NCBI RefSeq assembly: GCF_035317925.1
Contig: NZ_DATHFV010000127.1
Span: 8,412-72,411, forward strand
Length of the DNA: 64,000 bases
Reading direction: 5' to 3'
DNA from: Sphingomonas sp.
Lineage (GTDB): Bacteria > Pseudomonadota > Alphaproteobacteria > Sphingomonadales > Sphingomonadaceae
The stretch's first letter is position 1. The number at the start of each line of letters is the position of its first letter. Below are positions 48,394 through 60,235 of the stretch, piece after piece. Made by a program: the position numbers and the translations under genes. The notes below the pieces were generated by a model. The model did not search any database. It was given only the letters and a program-made list of their open reading frames with translations, and had not been told where the DNA came from.

Positions 48394-50133
48394 TTATTCG
48401 TGCACCCCGGGCTGCATCGTAACGCGCTTGCCGCCGGTCACCGTCCCGCTCACCGCCATCGCCACGCCTTCGCTGCGCGGATCGGCGGCACCGGCCCAGC
48501 GCCCGCCGACCTGCTCGATCGCATTGGCCTTGAGCCCCAGCGGCGCGGGCCGCAGCCGCTCGCCGAGCTGCGCTAACGCCGGCAGCATCGGCTCCAATTG
48601 CGTGCCTTGCTCGACCACGCCGCCCGGGCCGGGCGTGTAGATCAGCCCCATCCCGATCGCGTCCTGCGCGCGCATATGCCAGTCGAGCACGCCGATCAGC
48701 GCCTTGGCGACCTGCGCGATGATCGTCGATCCGCCCGCCGCACCGATCGCGATCCGGACCTTGCCGTCGGGGCCGTAGACGATCGTCGGCGCCATCGAGC
48801 TGCGCGGGCGCTTGCCGGCTTCGACGCGGTTGGCGGCGGACATGCCGCCGCGTTCGGGGACGATATCGAAATCGGTGAGCTCGTTGTTGAGCAGGATGCC
48901 GTCGACGGTCAGGCCCGATCCGAACACGCTTTCGATCGTCGAGGTGACCTCGACGACGTTCCCCTGCGCGTCGACCGCCGCCATGTCCGTCGTGCCATGT
49001 TCGGGGCTGGCGATCCCCGCCATCCGCACCGGCACGCCCGCGGGCGCGCCGGGCGCGATCGTCGGCATCGTGCGGTCGGGCGCGATCAGCGCCGATCGGC
49101 GCGCGAGATAAGTGGCGTCGAGCAGGCCGCGCACTGGCACGGTCACATGATCGGCGTCGCCCATGTAGGCGTCGCGGTCGGCGTAGGCGAGGCGCTCGCT
49201 CTCGGCCAACAGATGCCAGGCAACGGGATTGTCCTTGCCCAGCTTGGCGAGGTCGAACCGCTCGAGTTGCTTGAGGATCATCAGCACGGTGATGCCGCCG
49301 GCCGAAGGCGGCCCCATGCCGCACACGCGATAGACGCGGTAGGTGCCGCAGATCGGCGCGCGCTCCTTCGCCTGATAGGCGGTGAGGTCGGCCATCGTCA
49401 TCTTCGACGCGTTGCGCGGCGCATGATTGACCGCCGCGACCAGCTTCTGGCCAGGCTCGCCATGATAGAAATAGTCCGGGCCTTGTGCCGCGATCTTCGC
49501 GAACAAGGCGGCCTGTTCGGGATCCTTCAGGATCGCGCCGACCGGCAGCGCGGTGCCGTCGGCCGCGAAGAAATGCTTCCGGCCCCAATCGGAGAGGATC
49601 GCGTCGCCCCATTGCGCGATCGAATTGTGCAGGCGCGGGGTTATCCTGTAGCCATCGCGCGCCAGCCGGATCGCGGGCTGGAACAGGGCCGCCCACGGCA
49701 GCCGGCCATAGCGGGCATGCGCCAGCGCCATCATCCGCAGATTGCCGGGCACGCCGACGCTGCGTCCGCCCGGTACCGCTTCCTGATGCTGGAGGGGCTG
49801 GCCGTTCTGATAGAACCAATGCCCGTCCGCCGCCGCCGGCGCGGCCTCGCGCCCATCGAACGTCGCGAATTTGTTCGTCTTCGCATCATGATGGACCATG
49901 AAGCCGCCGCCGCCGATGCCCGAGCTTTGCGGCTCGACCACATTGAGCGCGAGCATCATCGCGATCGCCGCGTCGGCGGCGCTGCCGCCCTTGCGCAATA
50001 TCTCGACCCCGGCCGCCGCCGCGCGCGGATCGGCAGCGGACACCAAGCCGGCTTTTGTCTGTGGGGATCTGGCGGGCGCCGCCGCCAGCGGCAGCGCGAG
50101 CGCGGCGAGGAGGAGCAGGAGGGGGCGGATCAT
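48394..50133 (-). CDS. ggt: Gamma-glutamyltransferase
   Basis: Signal peptide, VEPQSSGIGGG, DGRE, autoprocessing site HGTT, LNNELTDF, KRPRSSMAP and ADPR. Confidence 0.95.
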   Translation of the reverse strand: MIRPLLLLLAALALPLAAAPARSPQTKAGLVSAADPRAAAAGVEILRKGGSAADAAIAMMLALNVVEPQSSGIGGGGFMVHHDAKTNKFATFDGREAAPAAADGHWFYQNGQPLQHQEAVPGGRSVGVPGNLRMMALAHARYGRLPWAALFQPAIRLARDGYRITPRLHNSIAQWGDAILSDWGRKHFFAADGTALPVGAILKDPEQAALFAKIAAQGPDYFYHGEPGQKLVAAVNHAPRNASKMTMADLTAYQAKERAPICGTYRVYRVCGMGPPSAGGITVLMILKQLERFDLAKLGKDNPVAWHLLAESERLAYADRDAYMGDADHVTVPVRGLLDATYLARRSALIAPDRTMPTIAPGAPAGVPVRMAGIASPEHGTTDMAAVDAQGNVVEVTSTIESVFGSGLTVDGILLNNELTDFDIVPERGGMSAANRVEAGKRPRSSMAPTIVYGPDGKVRIAIGAAGGSTIIAQVAKALIGVLDWHMRAQDAIGMGLIYTPGPGGVVEQGTQLEPMLPALAQLGERLRPAPLGLKANAIEQVGGRWAGAADPRSEGVAMAVSGTVTGGKRVTMQPGVHE

Positions 50134-50177
50134 GCGGCCCCTGATAGCCGGTCGAAATGCTCCCGCAAGCGCTACCT

Positions 50178-50570
50178 CGTCACCCCGGACTTGTTCCGGG
50201 GTCCACCGGGAGATCAACGCAACGGGTCGAAACCCAGCGCCGCCGCCAGATCGTTCCACTCCGGATTATCGCGCTCGATCAGGTTCCTTTTCCAGTCGCG
50301 CGGCCATTTCTTGATGCGTTTTTCGGATGCGATCGCATCGGTCATCTGGTCGGTCAGTTCGTACCAGACCAATTGCTTCACATCATGGCGTTTGGTGAAG
50401 CCGTCGTGCGCGCCCGTTCGGTGCTGCGCGACACGCGCGCCAAGGTCCGAAGTCATGCCAACATAGAGCGTGCCGTTATAGCCGCTGGCTAGCATGTAGA
50501 CGCACGGTTGCCGTTCCCGCATCCGGGATTTGTGCCGCCCGGTGGATGCCGGAACAAGTCCGGCATGACG
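50178..50570. mobile_element. Putative mobile element: GIY-YIG gene between 33-bp CGTC-tagged hairpin inverted repeats
   Basis: Arms 50178-50210 and 50538-50570 match the ends of the elements at 24074 and 42479. Mobility is inferred, not shown. Confidence 0.7.
50214..50522 (-). CDS. Stand-alone GIY-YIG nuclease family protein
   Basis: CVYMLAS...TLYVGMTSDL..RVAQH...LVWYE...AIASEKRIKKWPRDWK..LIE..NP.W. Confidence 0.93.
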   Translation of the reverse strand: MRERQPCVYMLASGYNGTLYVGMTSDLGARVAQHRTGAHDGFTKRHDVKQLVWYELTDQMTDAIASEKRIKKWPRDWKRNLIERDNPEWNDLAAALGFDPLR

Positions 50571-50576
50571 GATCGC

Positions 50577-50795
50577 TTAGTCGATAATGGGGCCCTTCTG
50601 GTCTGCCTCCCCGCTCCGCCCACCGAACAGCGCCAGGCCAAGCAGGGTCAGGCACGGCGTCACCAGCGCGATCGCGCCCGCGCCGATTTCGGATCCGGTG
50701 AGCAGATGGCCGATGCAATAGCCGACCACATAATTGAGGCCGAGAAACAGGCTCAGGCTGAACAAAGCGGGCGCTTCGATCGGCTTGTGGCCCAT
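50577..50795 (-). CDS. Small two-TM membrane protein
   Basis: AGGAGAG RBS before ATG 50795; two hydrophobic segments. Confidence 0.55.
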   Translation of the reverse strand: MGHKPIEAPALFSLSLFLGLNYVVGYCIGHLLTGSEIGAGAIALVTPCLTLLGLALFGGRSGEADQKGPIID

Positions 50796-50834
50796 GATCG
50801 TATCTCTCCTCGACGCCACCCTTCGTCAGGGCGG

Positions 50835-51872
50835 TCAGCGATTGTCCGAACCGATGGCCGAACGGATACTCGAGTGGCCTTCCGATCGTAACAACGCTGC
50901 CAGTTCACTTTCGATCCGGCGCGGCAAGTAAGGTCCCTGATAGATCAACGCGGTATAGATCTGGACCAGGCTTGCCCCGGCCTTGATCCGGGCAAAGGCA
51001 TCCGCGCCGCTGGCGATGCCGCCCGCCGCGATCAGCGGCAGCGCGTCTCCGGTCGCGCGCCGGAAATCGCGCAGCCGTTCGAGCGCGAGGCTTTTGAGCG
51101 GCGCGCCCGACAGGCCGCCCATCTGATGCGCGTCGAGGCTTTCGAGCGGCGGGCGCGAAACGGTGGTATTGCTGACGATCAGCGCGTCGATCCCGCGATC
51201 GATCGCGACGCGCGATATCGCGTCGACATCGGCGGGCTCGAGGTCGGGCGCGACCTTGAGGAAGATCGGCGGGCCACCGGCAGGCCGCGCCGCCATTACC
51301 GCTTCGAGCAGGGCATCGAGCGCGGCCTCGTCCTGCAGCGCGCGCAGCCCGGGCGTGTTGGGCGAGGAGATGTTGACCGTCAGATAATCGGCGACCGGCG
51401 CCATCGCCGCCACGCCCGTCGCATAATCGGCGATGCGATCGGCCGCATCCTTGTTGGCGCCGATATTGACCCCGACGATGCCGGGCCTTCCGCGACGCCG
51501 CCGCAGCCGTTTGAGCGCGGCGGCCTGGCCGGCATTGTTGAAGCCCATCCGGTTGATGATCGCCTCGTCCTCCGGCAGCCGGAACAGGCGCGGCCTGGGA
51601 TTGCCCGTCTGCGGTAGCGGCGTGACCGTGCCGACCTCGACGAAGCCGAAGCCGAGCGCGAGCAGCGCGTCGGGGGCCTTCGCATCCTTGTCGAGCCCCG
51701 CGGCGAGGCCGACGGGGCTGGGAAAGTTCAGGCCGGCGAGCGCGACTGCCAGGATCGGATCATGCTTTACCGTCCGAACCGGCAGTGCCTTCAGGCCGAG
51801 GAAGGCGAGATTGTGCGCGCGTTCCGGATCGAGCGTGAACAGCCAGGGGCGAGCGAGCGAATAGAGCGACAT
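50835..51872 (-). CDS. pyrD: Quinone-dependent dihydroorotate dehydrogenase
   Basis: DPERAH, GLAAGLDK, INRMGFNN, NISSPNTPGLR and GGLSGAPL. Confidence 0.96.
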   Translation of the reverse strand: MSLYSLARPWLFTLDPERAHNLAFLGLKALPVRTVKHDPILAVALAGLNFPSPVGLAAGLDKDAKAPDALLALGFGFVEVGTVTPLPQTGNPRPRLFRLPEDEAIINRMGFNNAGQAAALKRLRRRRGRPGIVGVNIGANKDAADRIADYATGVAAMAPVADYLTVNISSPNTPGLRALQDEAALDALLEAVMAARPAGGPPIFLKVAPDLEPADVDAISRVAIDRGIDALIVSNTTVSRPPLESLDAHQMGGLSGAPLKSLALERLRDFRRATGDALPLIAAGGIASGADAFARIKAGASLVQIYTALIYQGPYLPRRIESELAALLRSEGHSSIRSAIGSDNR

Positions 51873-51912
51873 CGGATCGGCTATAGAGGCGCATTCCCCC
51901 AACTCGCCATCC

Positions 51913-52539
51913 TCAATTCTCTTTACCCAGCACCTCGGCCATCGCGCGCTGGTCCCAGCGGATCTGCAGCGGCTCGGCGGTGGCCGCGACATAGGCGCCG
52001 ACATGGATGTGCGGCGCGCGCGCCATGCCGTTATTGCCGTCGAGCGCGACCACCTCGCCGCGCTTCACCCGATCGCCCACCTTCACCTTTATGTCGGTGA
52101 CATGGCCGTAGACGATGATGATGCCGTCGTCGGTGCGGAATTGCAGCATCGCGGCGGGTGGCTTGCCCATCGTGCCCGGCACATTGTCGTCGGCTTTGGC
52201 GAGCACGCCGATCACGATCCCGTCGACCGGCGCCAGCACCTCGGCATGCCAGCCATACCAGTCGGCATTGGTTTTGCCGGTGGTGCGATAGGGTTTCAGA
52301 TAGCCGGTGCGCCCGTCGAGCCCGCCGCCGATCATGCAATCGGTGCCGAGCGCGTCGCCCGCATAATCGAGCTGGCCATACCAATGTTCGACGCAGAAAT
52401 AGTCCTGCCTGAACAATGGCCCCAGCAGCACCTGATGAATCTCGCCCGTCACCGGCGCCGCCTTGGGCGGCATCACGAAGGTGCGCGGCGGCGCGACGGC
52501 GGCATCGGCCAGCAAAGCGAGCGCGAAAGCAAACGGCAT
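51913..52539 (-). CDS. M23 family metallopeptidase-like protein
   Basis: VLAPVDG, YGHV, VKVGDRVKRG and APHIH. Confidence 0.75.
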   Translation of the reverse strand: MPFAFALALLADAAVAPPRTFVMPPKAAPVTGEIHQVLLGPLFRQDYFCVEHWYGQLDYAGDALGTDCMIGGGLDGRTGYLKPYRTTGKTNADWYGWHAEVLAPVDGIVIGVLAKADDNVPGTMGKPPAAMLQFRTDDGIIIVYGHVTDIKVKVGDRVKRGEVVALDGNNGMARAPHIHVGAYVAATAEPLQIRWDQRAMAEVLGKEN

Positions 52540-52597
52540 GGGAACCCCCAGGTTGCCGTCGGGCTAACCCGCGCTTGCTTTGCTGTCCATGCGGGTC

Positions 52598-53116
52598 TCA
52601 GTTCGGCTTCGTCTCGACCCCGCCGAGATAATCCATCTTCCCGACCGGCACGCCTTCCTTGCGCAGCAGCGCATAAGCGGTGGTGACGTGGAAGAAGAAG
52701 TTGGGGATCGCGAAGCCCAGCACATAGGATTTGCCGGTGAAGACCATCGTGCGGTTCGGTGTCTTCACCTCGACCGCTGCGTCCTCCTTGCCGTCGAAGC
52801 CGTCGCGCGGCGTGGCTTTGAGGAAGGCGATGGTCTTGGCGATGCGCGCCTTCAGGTCGGCGATCGTCACTTCCTCGTCGGGCATGGCGACATTCTCGAC
52901 GCCGCCGACGCGCACGGCCAGCCCCTTGGCGCTGTCGCTCGCGCGCTGGATCTGCGCAACCAGCGGCGCCATGTCCTCATACAGGCGCGCGGTGGTCAAT
53001 TCGCTTTCCGGCCGTCCCGCTTCGGCGAAATGCGCCGCGCCCTTGTCGAGGAAGGCGCCCATATTCTCGAGCGCGCGGATGAAGACGGGAACGCTGACAT
53101 CGTAAAGCGAAAGCAT
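52598..53116 (-). CDS. DUF1993 family protein
   Basis: ARLYEDMAPLVAQIQRASD and PNFFFHVTTAYALLRKEGVPVGKMDYLG. Confidence 0.9.
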   Translation of the reverse strand: MLSLYDVSVPVFIRALENMGAFLDKGAAHFAEAGRPESELTTARLYEDMAPLVAQIQRASDSAKGLAVRVGGVENVAMPDEEVTIADLKARIAKTIAFLKATPRDGFDGKEDAAVEVKTPNRTMVFTGKSYVLGFAIPNFFFHVTTAYALLRKEGVPVGKMDYLGGVETKPN

Positions 53117-53348
53117 GGAAGACTCCCTGTGGTGGCGTGCGGGATGACGTCCCGCTTATGCCCGCCGCAGATGGTGCGCGCCCGGAACGACCACAAGGGC
53201 GGCCCGCCTCCCGGGCGCCGATCAAATTTGTTCGGGCCGCGCCGGTGCCAACATCTTCCCAAGCGGTGAAGGGCACCGTAACGTCGTCGTCACAGCGCGC
53301 GCTGGCCGGGGGGGAAATGATGCGCATTGCGATCGAGCGCGGCGGCTG

Positions 53349-55328
53349 ATGCGGCCGGTCTTCATCAGCTACGCGACCAGCGACCGCAAGGACGCGCTCG
53401 CCGTGTGCGAGGCGCTCGAGCGGCGTGGGGTCGATTGCTGGATCGCCTGCCGCGACGTCCAGCCCGGCGAGAATTATCAGGAAGCGATCGTCCGTGCGAT
53501 CCGCACCGCCCGCGCGATGGTTCTGGTCTTCTCCGATCGCGCCAACAACAGCGACGAGATCAAGAAGGAGATGTCGCTCGTCAGCCGTTTCCACGTGCCG
53601 ATGCTCGCGCTGCGGATCGAGGATGTCGAACCGGGCGACGCCTTCGCCTACGAACTGGCGACGCGCCAGTGGATCGATCTGTTCGAGGATTGGGACAAAT
53701 CGATCGACGCGTTGGTCGCGCGCGTGGCCACGCTCCGGGCCGCCGACGACGCCGAAGAAGCCAATCCCACGCCGGCGCCCGCGCCGCGTCCGGCCACCGC
53801 CCGCGCTGCCCCGCCGCCCGCGCCACCGCATCGCGGCTTCAGCGCCGGCAGCCTGATCGCGGTCGCGGCCGCGGTGCTCGTCCTGCTCGCCATCGCGGGC
53901 GGATCCTGGTTCTTCCTGCGCGGCAGCCAGCCCAGGGCCGAACATTCGATGGAGGTGCGCTGGACCGGCTTCCAACGCCTCTCGCCCGATCTGCCCGCGA
54001 CCATGCCGGATGCGATGCGCGACGAGGTCATTGCCGCGTTCAGCGACGACGGCGTCGTCGGCGTCTCTACCGCCGCCGCGCCGCCGCCGGGCACCGCGCC
54101 GGCTTACACGCTCGGCGGCACGATCCGCCGCGACGGCGACAAGATCCGCGTGATCGCGCGGCTCACCAACGAACGTTCCGGCGCGACGCTCTGGTCGAAC
54201 ACATTCAGTTATGATGCCGCTCAGGCAGCGCGGGTGCCGCGCATGATCGCGATCGATGCCGGCAACCTCGTCCGGTGCGGTTTGTTCGGCGCCTCGACCT
54301 ATCCCAAGCCCCTGCCCGATCCGATCCTGACCTCCTATCTCCAATATTGCCACAATACCGAGCTGGAGGATGCGCCGACCAAAGCGCTCGACGCGGCCCG
54401 CAAGGTCGTCGCTGCCGCGCCCGATTTCTCGTTCGGTTGGTCGGCGATCCAGGATGCGATCCTCGGCATCCGCTACGAAACCAATGTCGACGATCGCCAA
54501 TTGCACGACGAGGCGCAGAGCGCCGGCGACAAGGCGATCGCGCTCGATCCCACCAACAGCCAGGCGCTTTCCAACAATAGCTTCCTGCTGCCGCGCGGCG
54601 ATCTGCTTGCGCGCGAGGCTCTGCTGCAAAAGGCGCTCAAGGCGCGCGCGCTCGCCTGCGGGTGCGAGCATCATTATTATGGCGGCTTCCTCGAAGAGGT
54701 CGGCCGCACCCAGGATGCGATCGGCGAATATCGCCGCGGCATCGACGTGCTCGCGCTCAATCCCGGTTCGCAATGGTCGCTCGCGCTGGTGCTGAGCGAA
54801 AAGGGCGATGCCGATGAATCGGCCAAGCATGCCGCCGCCTTCGCCGATCTGATCGAGGAGCCGGGTATGCAGGACGCGGTCAAGGTCGTGGCCGCCGCGT
54901 CGACGCACGATTATGCCCAGGCCGTCACGCTGCTGGCGGCGCTGCCCGCGGAAGGCCTCTCACCCAAGTCGCGCACGGTCTACATGACGGCGCTTAAGGC
55001 GCTCGCGTCGGGTGATGCCCGGGCCAAGGCGGACGCCGCAACCGCACTCGTCGGCAGCGGCTTCACGCCATTCAATGCCCGGACCAAGATCACCCTGCTC
55101 GGCGCGCTCGGCGCCAACGCGCAGGCGCTCAAGGCCGCGATCGACAACGGTTCGCTCACCGCGTCGCGCCAGGCGCTGATGACCCCCGCTTTGGCCGGCG
55201 CGCGCGCCGATCCAGGCTTCGCCGCCGCCGCCGATGCGCTCGGCCTGACCCGCTATTGGAAAACGACGGGCATCAAACCCGATTTCTGCAGGGCCGCCGA
55301 CGCGCCGGCTTATTGCAAGACGATCTGA
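53349..55328 (+). CDS. TIR domain - transmembrane - TolB-like/TPR protein
   Basis: VFISYA...CWIA.RDV.PG...SDEIKKE TIR domain, Pro/Ala linker, one TM helix and TPR-like C-terminus. Confidence 0.85.
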   Translation: MRPVFISYATSDRKDALAVCEALERRGVDCWIACRDVQPGENYQEAIVRAIRTARAMVLVFSDRANNSDEIKKEMSLVSRFHVPMLALRIEDVEPGDAFAYELATRQWIDLFEDWDKSIDALVARVATLRAADDAEEANPTPAPAPRPATARAAPPPAPPHRGFSAGSLIAVAAAVLVLLAIAGGSWFFLRGSQPRAEHSMEVRWTGFQRLSPDLPATMPDAMRDEVIAAFSDDGVVGVSTAAAPPPGTAPAYTLGGTIRRDGDKIRVIARLTNERSGATLWSNTFSYDAAQAARVPRMIAIDAGNLVRCGLFGASTYPKPLPDPILTSYLQYCHNTELEDAPTKALDAARKVVAAAPDFSFGWSAIQDAILGIRYETNVDDRQLHDEAQSAGDKAIALDPTNSQALSNNSFLLPRGDLLAREALLQKALKARALACGCEHHYYGGFLEEVGRTQDAIGEYRRGIDVLALNPGSQWSLALVLSEKGDADESAKHAAAFADLIEEPGMQDAVKVVAAASTHDYAQAVTLLAALPAEGLSPKSRTVYMTALKALASGDARAKADAATALVGSGFTPFNARTKITLLGALGANAQALKAAIDNGSLTASRQALMTPALAGARADPGFAAAADALGLTRYWKTTGIKPDFCRAADAPAYCKTI

Positions 55329-55387
55329 TCGCGTCCGCATTAGCATAGGTTATGGTATCGTTCCGGAGCCGGCGGCATTCTGCGCCG

Positions 55388-55624
55388 ATGGGGCGCTATT
55401 TCTTCCACCTGTTCAACGGCCTGGATGTTCCCGACCTTGAAGGCCGGGACTTGCCGGATGACGATGCGGCGCGCGAGGCGGCCATCGCCGAGGCCCGCGA
55501 GATGATCGCCGAAAGCGTTCGCAAAGGCAGCCTGAACCTGTCCCACCGGATCGACGTGGAGAATCGCTTCGGGCAGCCTGTGCTCACGATCCGCTATGGC
55601 GATGCGATCAAGCTGATCCCGTAG
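55388..55624 (+). CDS. DUF6894-like small protein, paralog 1
   Basis: MGRYFFHL...DLEGRDLPDDDAAREAAIAEARE. Confidence 0.75.
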   Translation: MGRYFFHLFNGLDVPDLEGRDLPDDDAAREAAIAEAREMIAESVRKGSLNLSHRIDVENRFGQPVLTIRYGDAIKLIP

Positions 55625-55686
55625 ACAGCCTCACGACGAAACCGCCCTTTGTCGCAACCGAAAGCGCGCCGGCGCATTCTTGGTCG

Positions 55687-55932
55687 ATGCAATACTTCTT
55701 CCACACCAAGGACGGCTCCACGCATCGCGACAGCGTGGGGGTCGAACTGCCCGACAAGGCGGCCGCGCGCGTCGAGGCGATCCGCCATGCGGGCGTCCTC
55801 ATGGCCGACGAACCCGAGGTGCTGTGGGACGGGCAGGAACTGCACGTCGAGGTCAGCGACGAGCACGGGCTGCAGCTGTTCGATGTGGTCTGCTATGTCA
55901 TGAACGCGCCGGCCGCGGGCGACACGAAGTAA
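55687..55932 (+). CDS. DUF6894-like small protein, paralog 2
   Basis: MQYFFH...DSVGVELPDKAAARVEAI...VEVSDEHG..LF. Confidence 0.75.
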   Translation: MQYFFHTKDGSTHRDSVGVELPDKAAARVEAIRHAGVLMADEPEVLWDGQELHVEVSDEHGLQLFDVVCYVMNAPAAGDTK

Positions 55933-56050
55933 GCGCCAGCCGTCCCGCCATCCTGCTGACATGCCTGCTGCCAACACGCTGTCAGCAACTTGTGCTAGGC
56001 GATCCTCGTTCCCATCTCCGGTACGCCGGTGCTGGGTGCGCTTGCTATCC

Positions 56051-56065
56051 GAACAAAGCTGGAAC
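56051..56065 (+). promoter_or_regulatory. LexA (SOS) box
   Basis: GAACAAAGCTGGAAC is an exact GAAC-N7-GAAC alphaproteobacterial box, about 50 bp upstream of uvrA. Confidence 0.85.
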
Positions 56066-56114
56066 AAACTCGCTTTATGAGCCTGACCCATATCTGTAAG
56101 CATGGGTGTTCCCA

Positions 56115-59033
<2,919 letters not shown>

Positions 59034-59954
59034 TCAATTATCGGGCAGCAGCCCGAGCTGATCCGCCAATGAGATGGACGTTTCGAGCGCATCGTCGAAC
59101 TGACTGCGGTCTAGCTGCCGTACCAACAATCCAACTGCCGCGTCGTTTGCTGCTCCGAGCAGTCGAACATTGGGCTGGCCTTGGAAAATCGCGAGAGTCG
59201 ACTGTGCGGTAGAAATTTTCGCGATTAGGGGGCTGTCGAGTGGGAGATCGGGTCGCTCTACAAGTTCATTAAAATCGCGGATAACGGCAAGTCGAGCGCT
59301 CATGAGCATCACGGCCGCCACGCGCTCCTGCTTATCAAGCCGGGACGGCGTCGGCGGGAAAATCCTGAAATAATAAGCACTAGATAGAAACAGTGCTTCA
59401 CGAAAGCATTCGAGAAATTCGGCGCGGCTGTTGCCATGCGTGTACAACATGCTGAATGCGAACGCTGCGTCGCGATCAGCCTGAACGTCCATCTCAGCCA
59501 TGAAACGACGACCGGCAATCGATTTTGCGAGCTTGAAATCGCCATAATCTCCGACGCCTTGGCTTTGGTGGCGGAGTTCGTGCAGCACATAGTCCATGAG
59601 AGCCCGCTCCAACAAAGCCGGGATCTCAGCTGCGCTGATCGTCCTTCCAGCCTTCAGCTGCGAAGCAATGTCACTAAGAACGATACGGAACAGTTCAATA
59701 ACCGGCTCTTCTTTAAGATAGAGCACGTCCTCGATCGCAACAAATGCGCCAAAATTAGCCTCAAGAGGTCCGATGACCACTTGGTTTATTTTAGAAATTG
59801 CTGGCAAGAATTTATCTTGGAGCTCTTGCCCTTCAGCGCTGTTATGGCTGCACAGGGCGACCAGCCGACGGCAGGCATCTGCCAATCGGTGCTCGATCTC
59901 TGAAAACAGAGGAGGTCGGTCGAGGGTGGTAGCGGCGTCGATTTCCGTGGGCAT
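59034..59954 (-). CDS. Hypothetical protein with HExxH zinc-metallopeptidase motif
   Basis: YVLHELRH...EMDVQAD; AAAGGGGG RBS; visibly more AT-rich codons than the flanking genes. Confidence 0.65.
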   Translation of the reverse strand: MPTEIDAATTLDRPPLFSEIEHRLADACRRLVALCSHNSAEGQELQDKFLPAISKINQVVIGPLEANFGAFVAIEDVLYLKEEPVIELFRIVLSDIASQLKAGRTISAAEIPALLERALMDYVLHELRHQSQGVGDYGDFKLAKSIAGRRFMAEMDVQADRDAAFAFSMLYTHGNSRAEFLECFREALFLSSAYYFRIFPPTPSRLDKQERVAAVMLMSARLAVIRDFNELVERPDLPLDSPLIAKISTAQSTLAIFQGQPNVRLLGAANDAAVGLLVRQLDRSQFDDALETSISLADQLGLLPDN

Positions 59955-60066
59955 GAACGGCCCCCCTTTACTGATATGATCCCCGCGCTGCCCCTTCCCC
60001 CTGCATACCGTACTATAGTTTTGGCAGTCACCTGCCAAGGGTGCCAATGGGGTCCTTTTTCACGTT

Positions 60067-60082
60067 TTAACGTAATTTTAAC
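60067..60082 (+). promoter_or_regulatory. Consensus CtrA box
   Basis: TTAA-CGTAATT-TTAAC; the AT-rich context raises the chance of a random match. Confidence 0.5.
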
Positions 60083-60162
60083 ACGGTTTAGCGCTGTTGG
60101 GGTCCTTGGTCGATTGACAAGGGGTCCAATCAGTTTGCCTTTAAAGGAACAATACAATGAAC

Positions 60163-60190
60163 AAGCGAGAGACAAAATTGTCTCTCGCTT
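60163..60190. promoter_or_regulatory. Perfect 13-bp inverted repeat, candidate operator
   Basis: AAGCGAGAGACAA-AA-TTGTCTCTCGCTT. Confidence 0.5.
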
Positions 60191-60235
60191 TCGCTGAGAC
60201 GGAACGAAGCTTTCGGCGTCATGTTCTTGCTTTAA

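Noticed and set aside
46523-49819. Apparent 1098-aa acyl-CoA ligase fusion
   Set aside because: The extension is an alternate frame of ggt plus a translated repeat; a good RBS and ATG lie at 48268.
50160-50171. CTCCCGCAAGCG beside the GIY-YIG element, matching the second repeat family
   Set aside because: Only 12 bp, and it coincides with a plausible -35 (TTGCGG) of the ggt promoter; chance cannot be excluded.
50133-50259. N-terminal extension of ggt containing WTPEQVRGD, and similar peptides in ORFs at 23858 and 42483
   Set aside because: These are translations of the palindromic arm, not protein motifs.
53349-55932. Thoeris or CBASS operon around the TIR gene
   Set aside because: No ThsA-like effector or cyclase is present; kept only as a stand-alone receptor finding.
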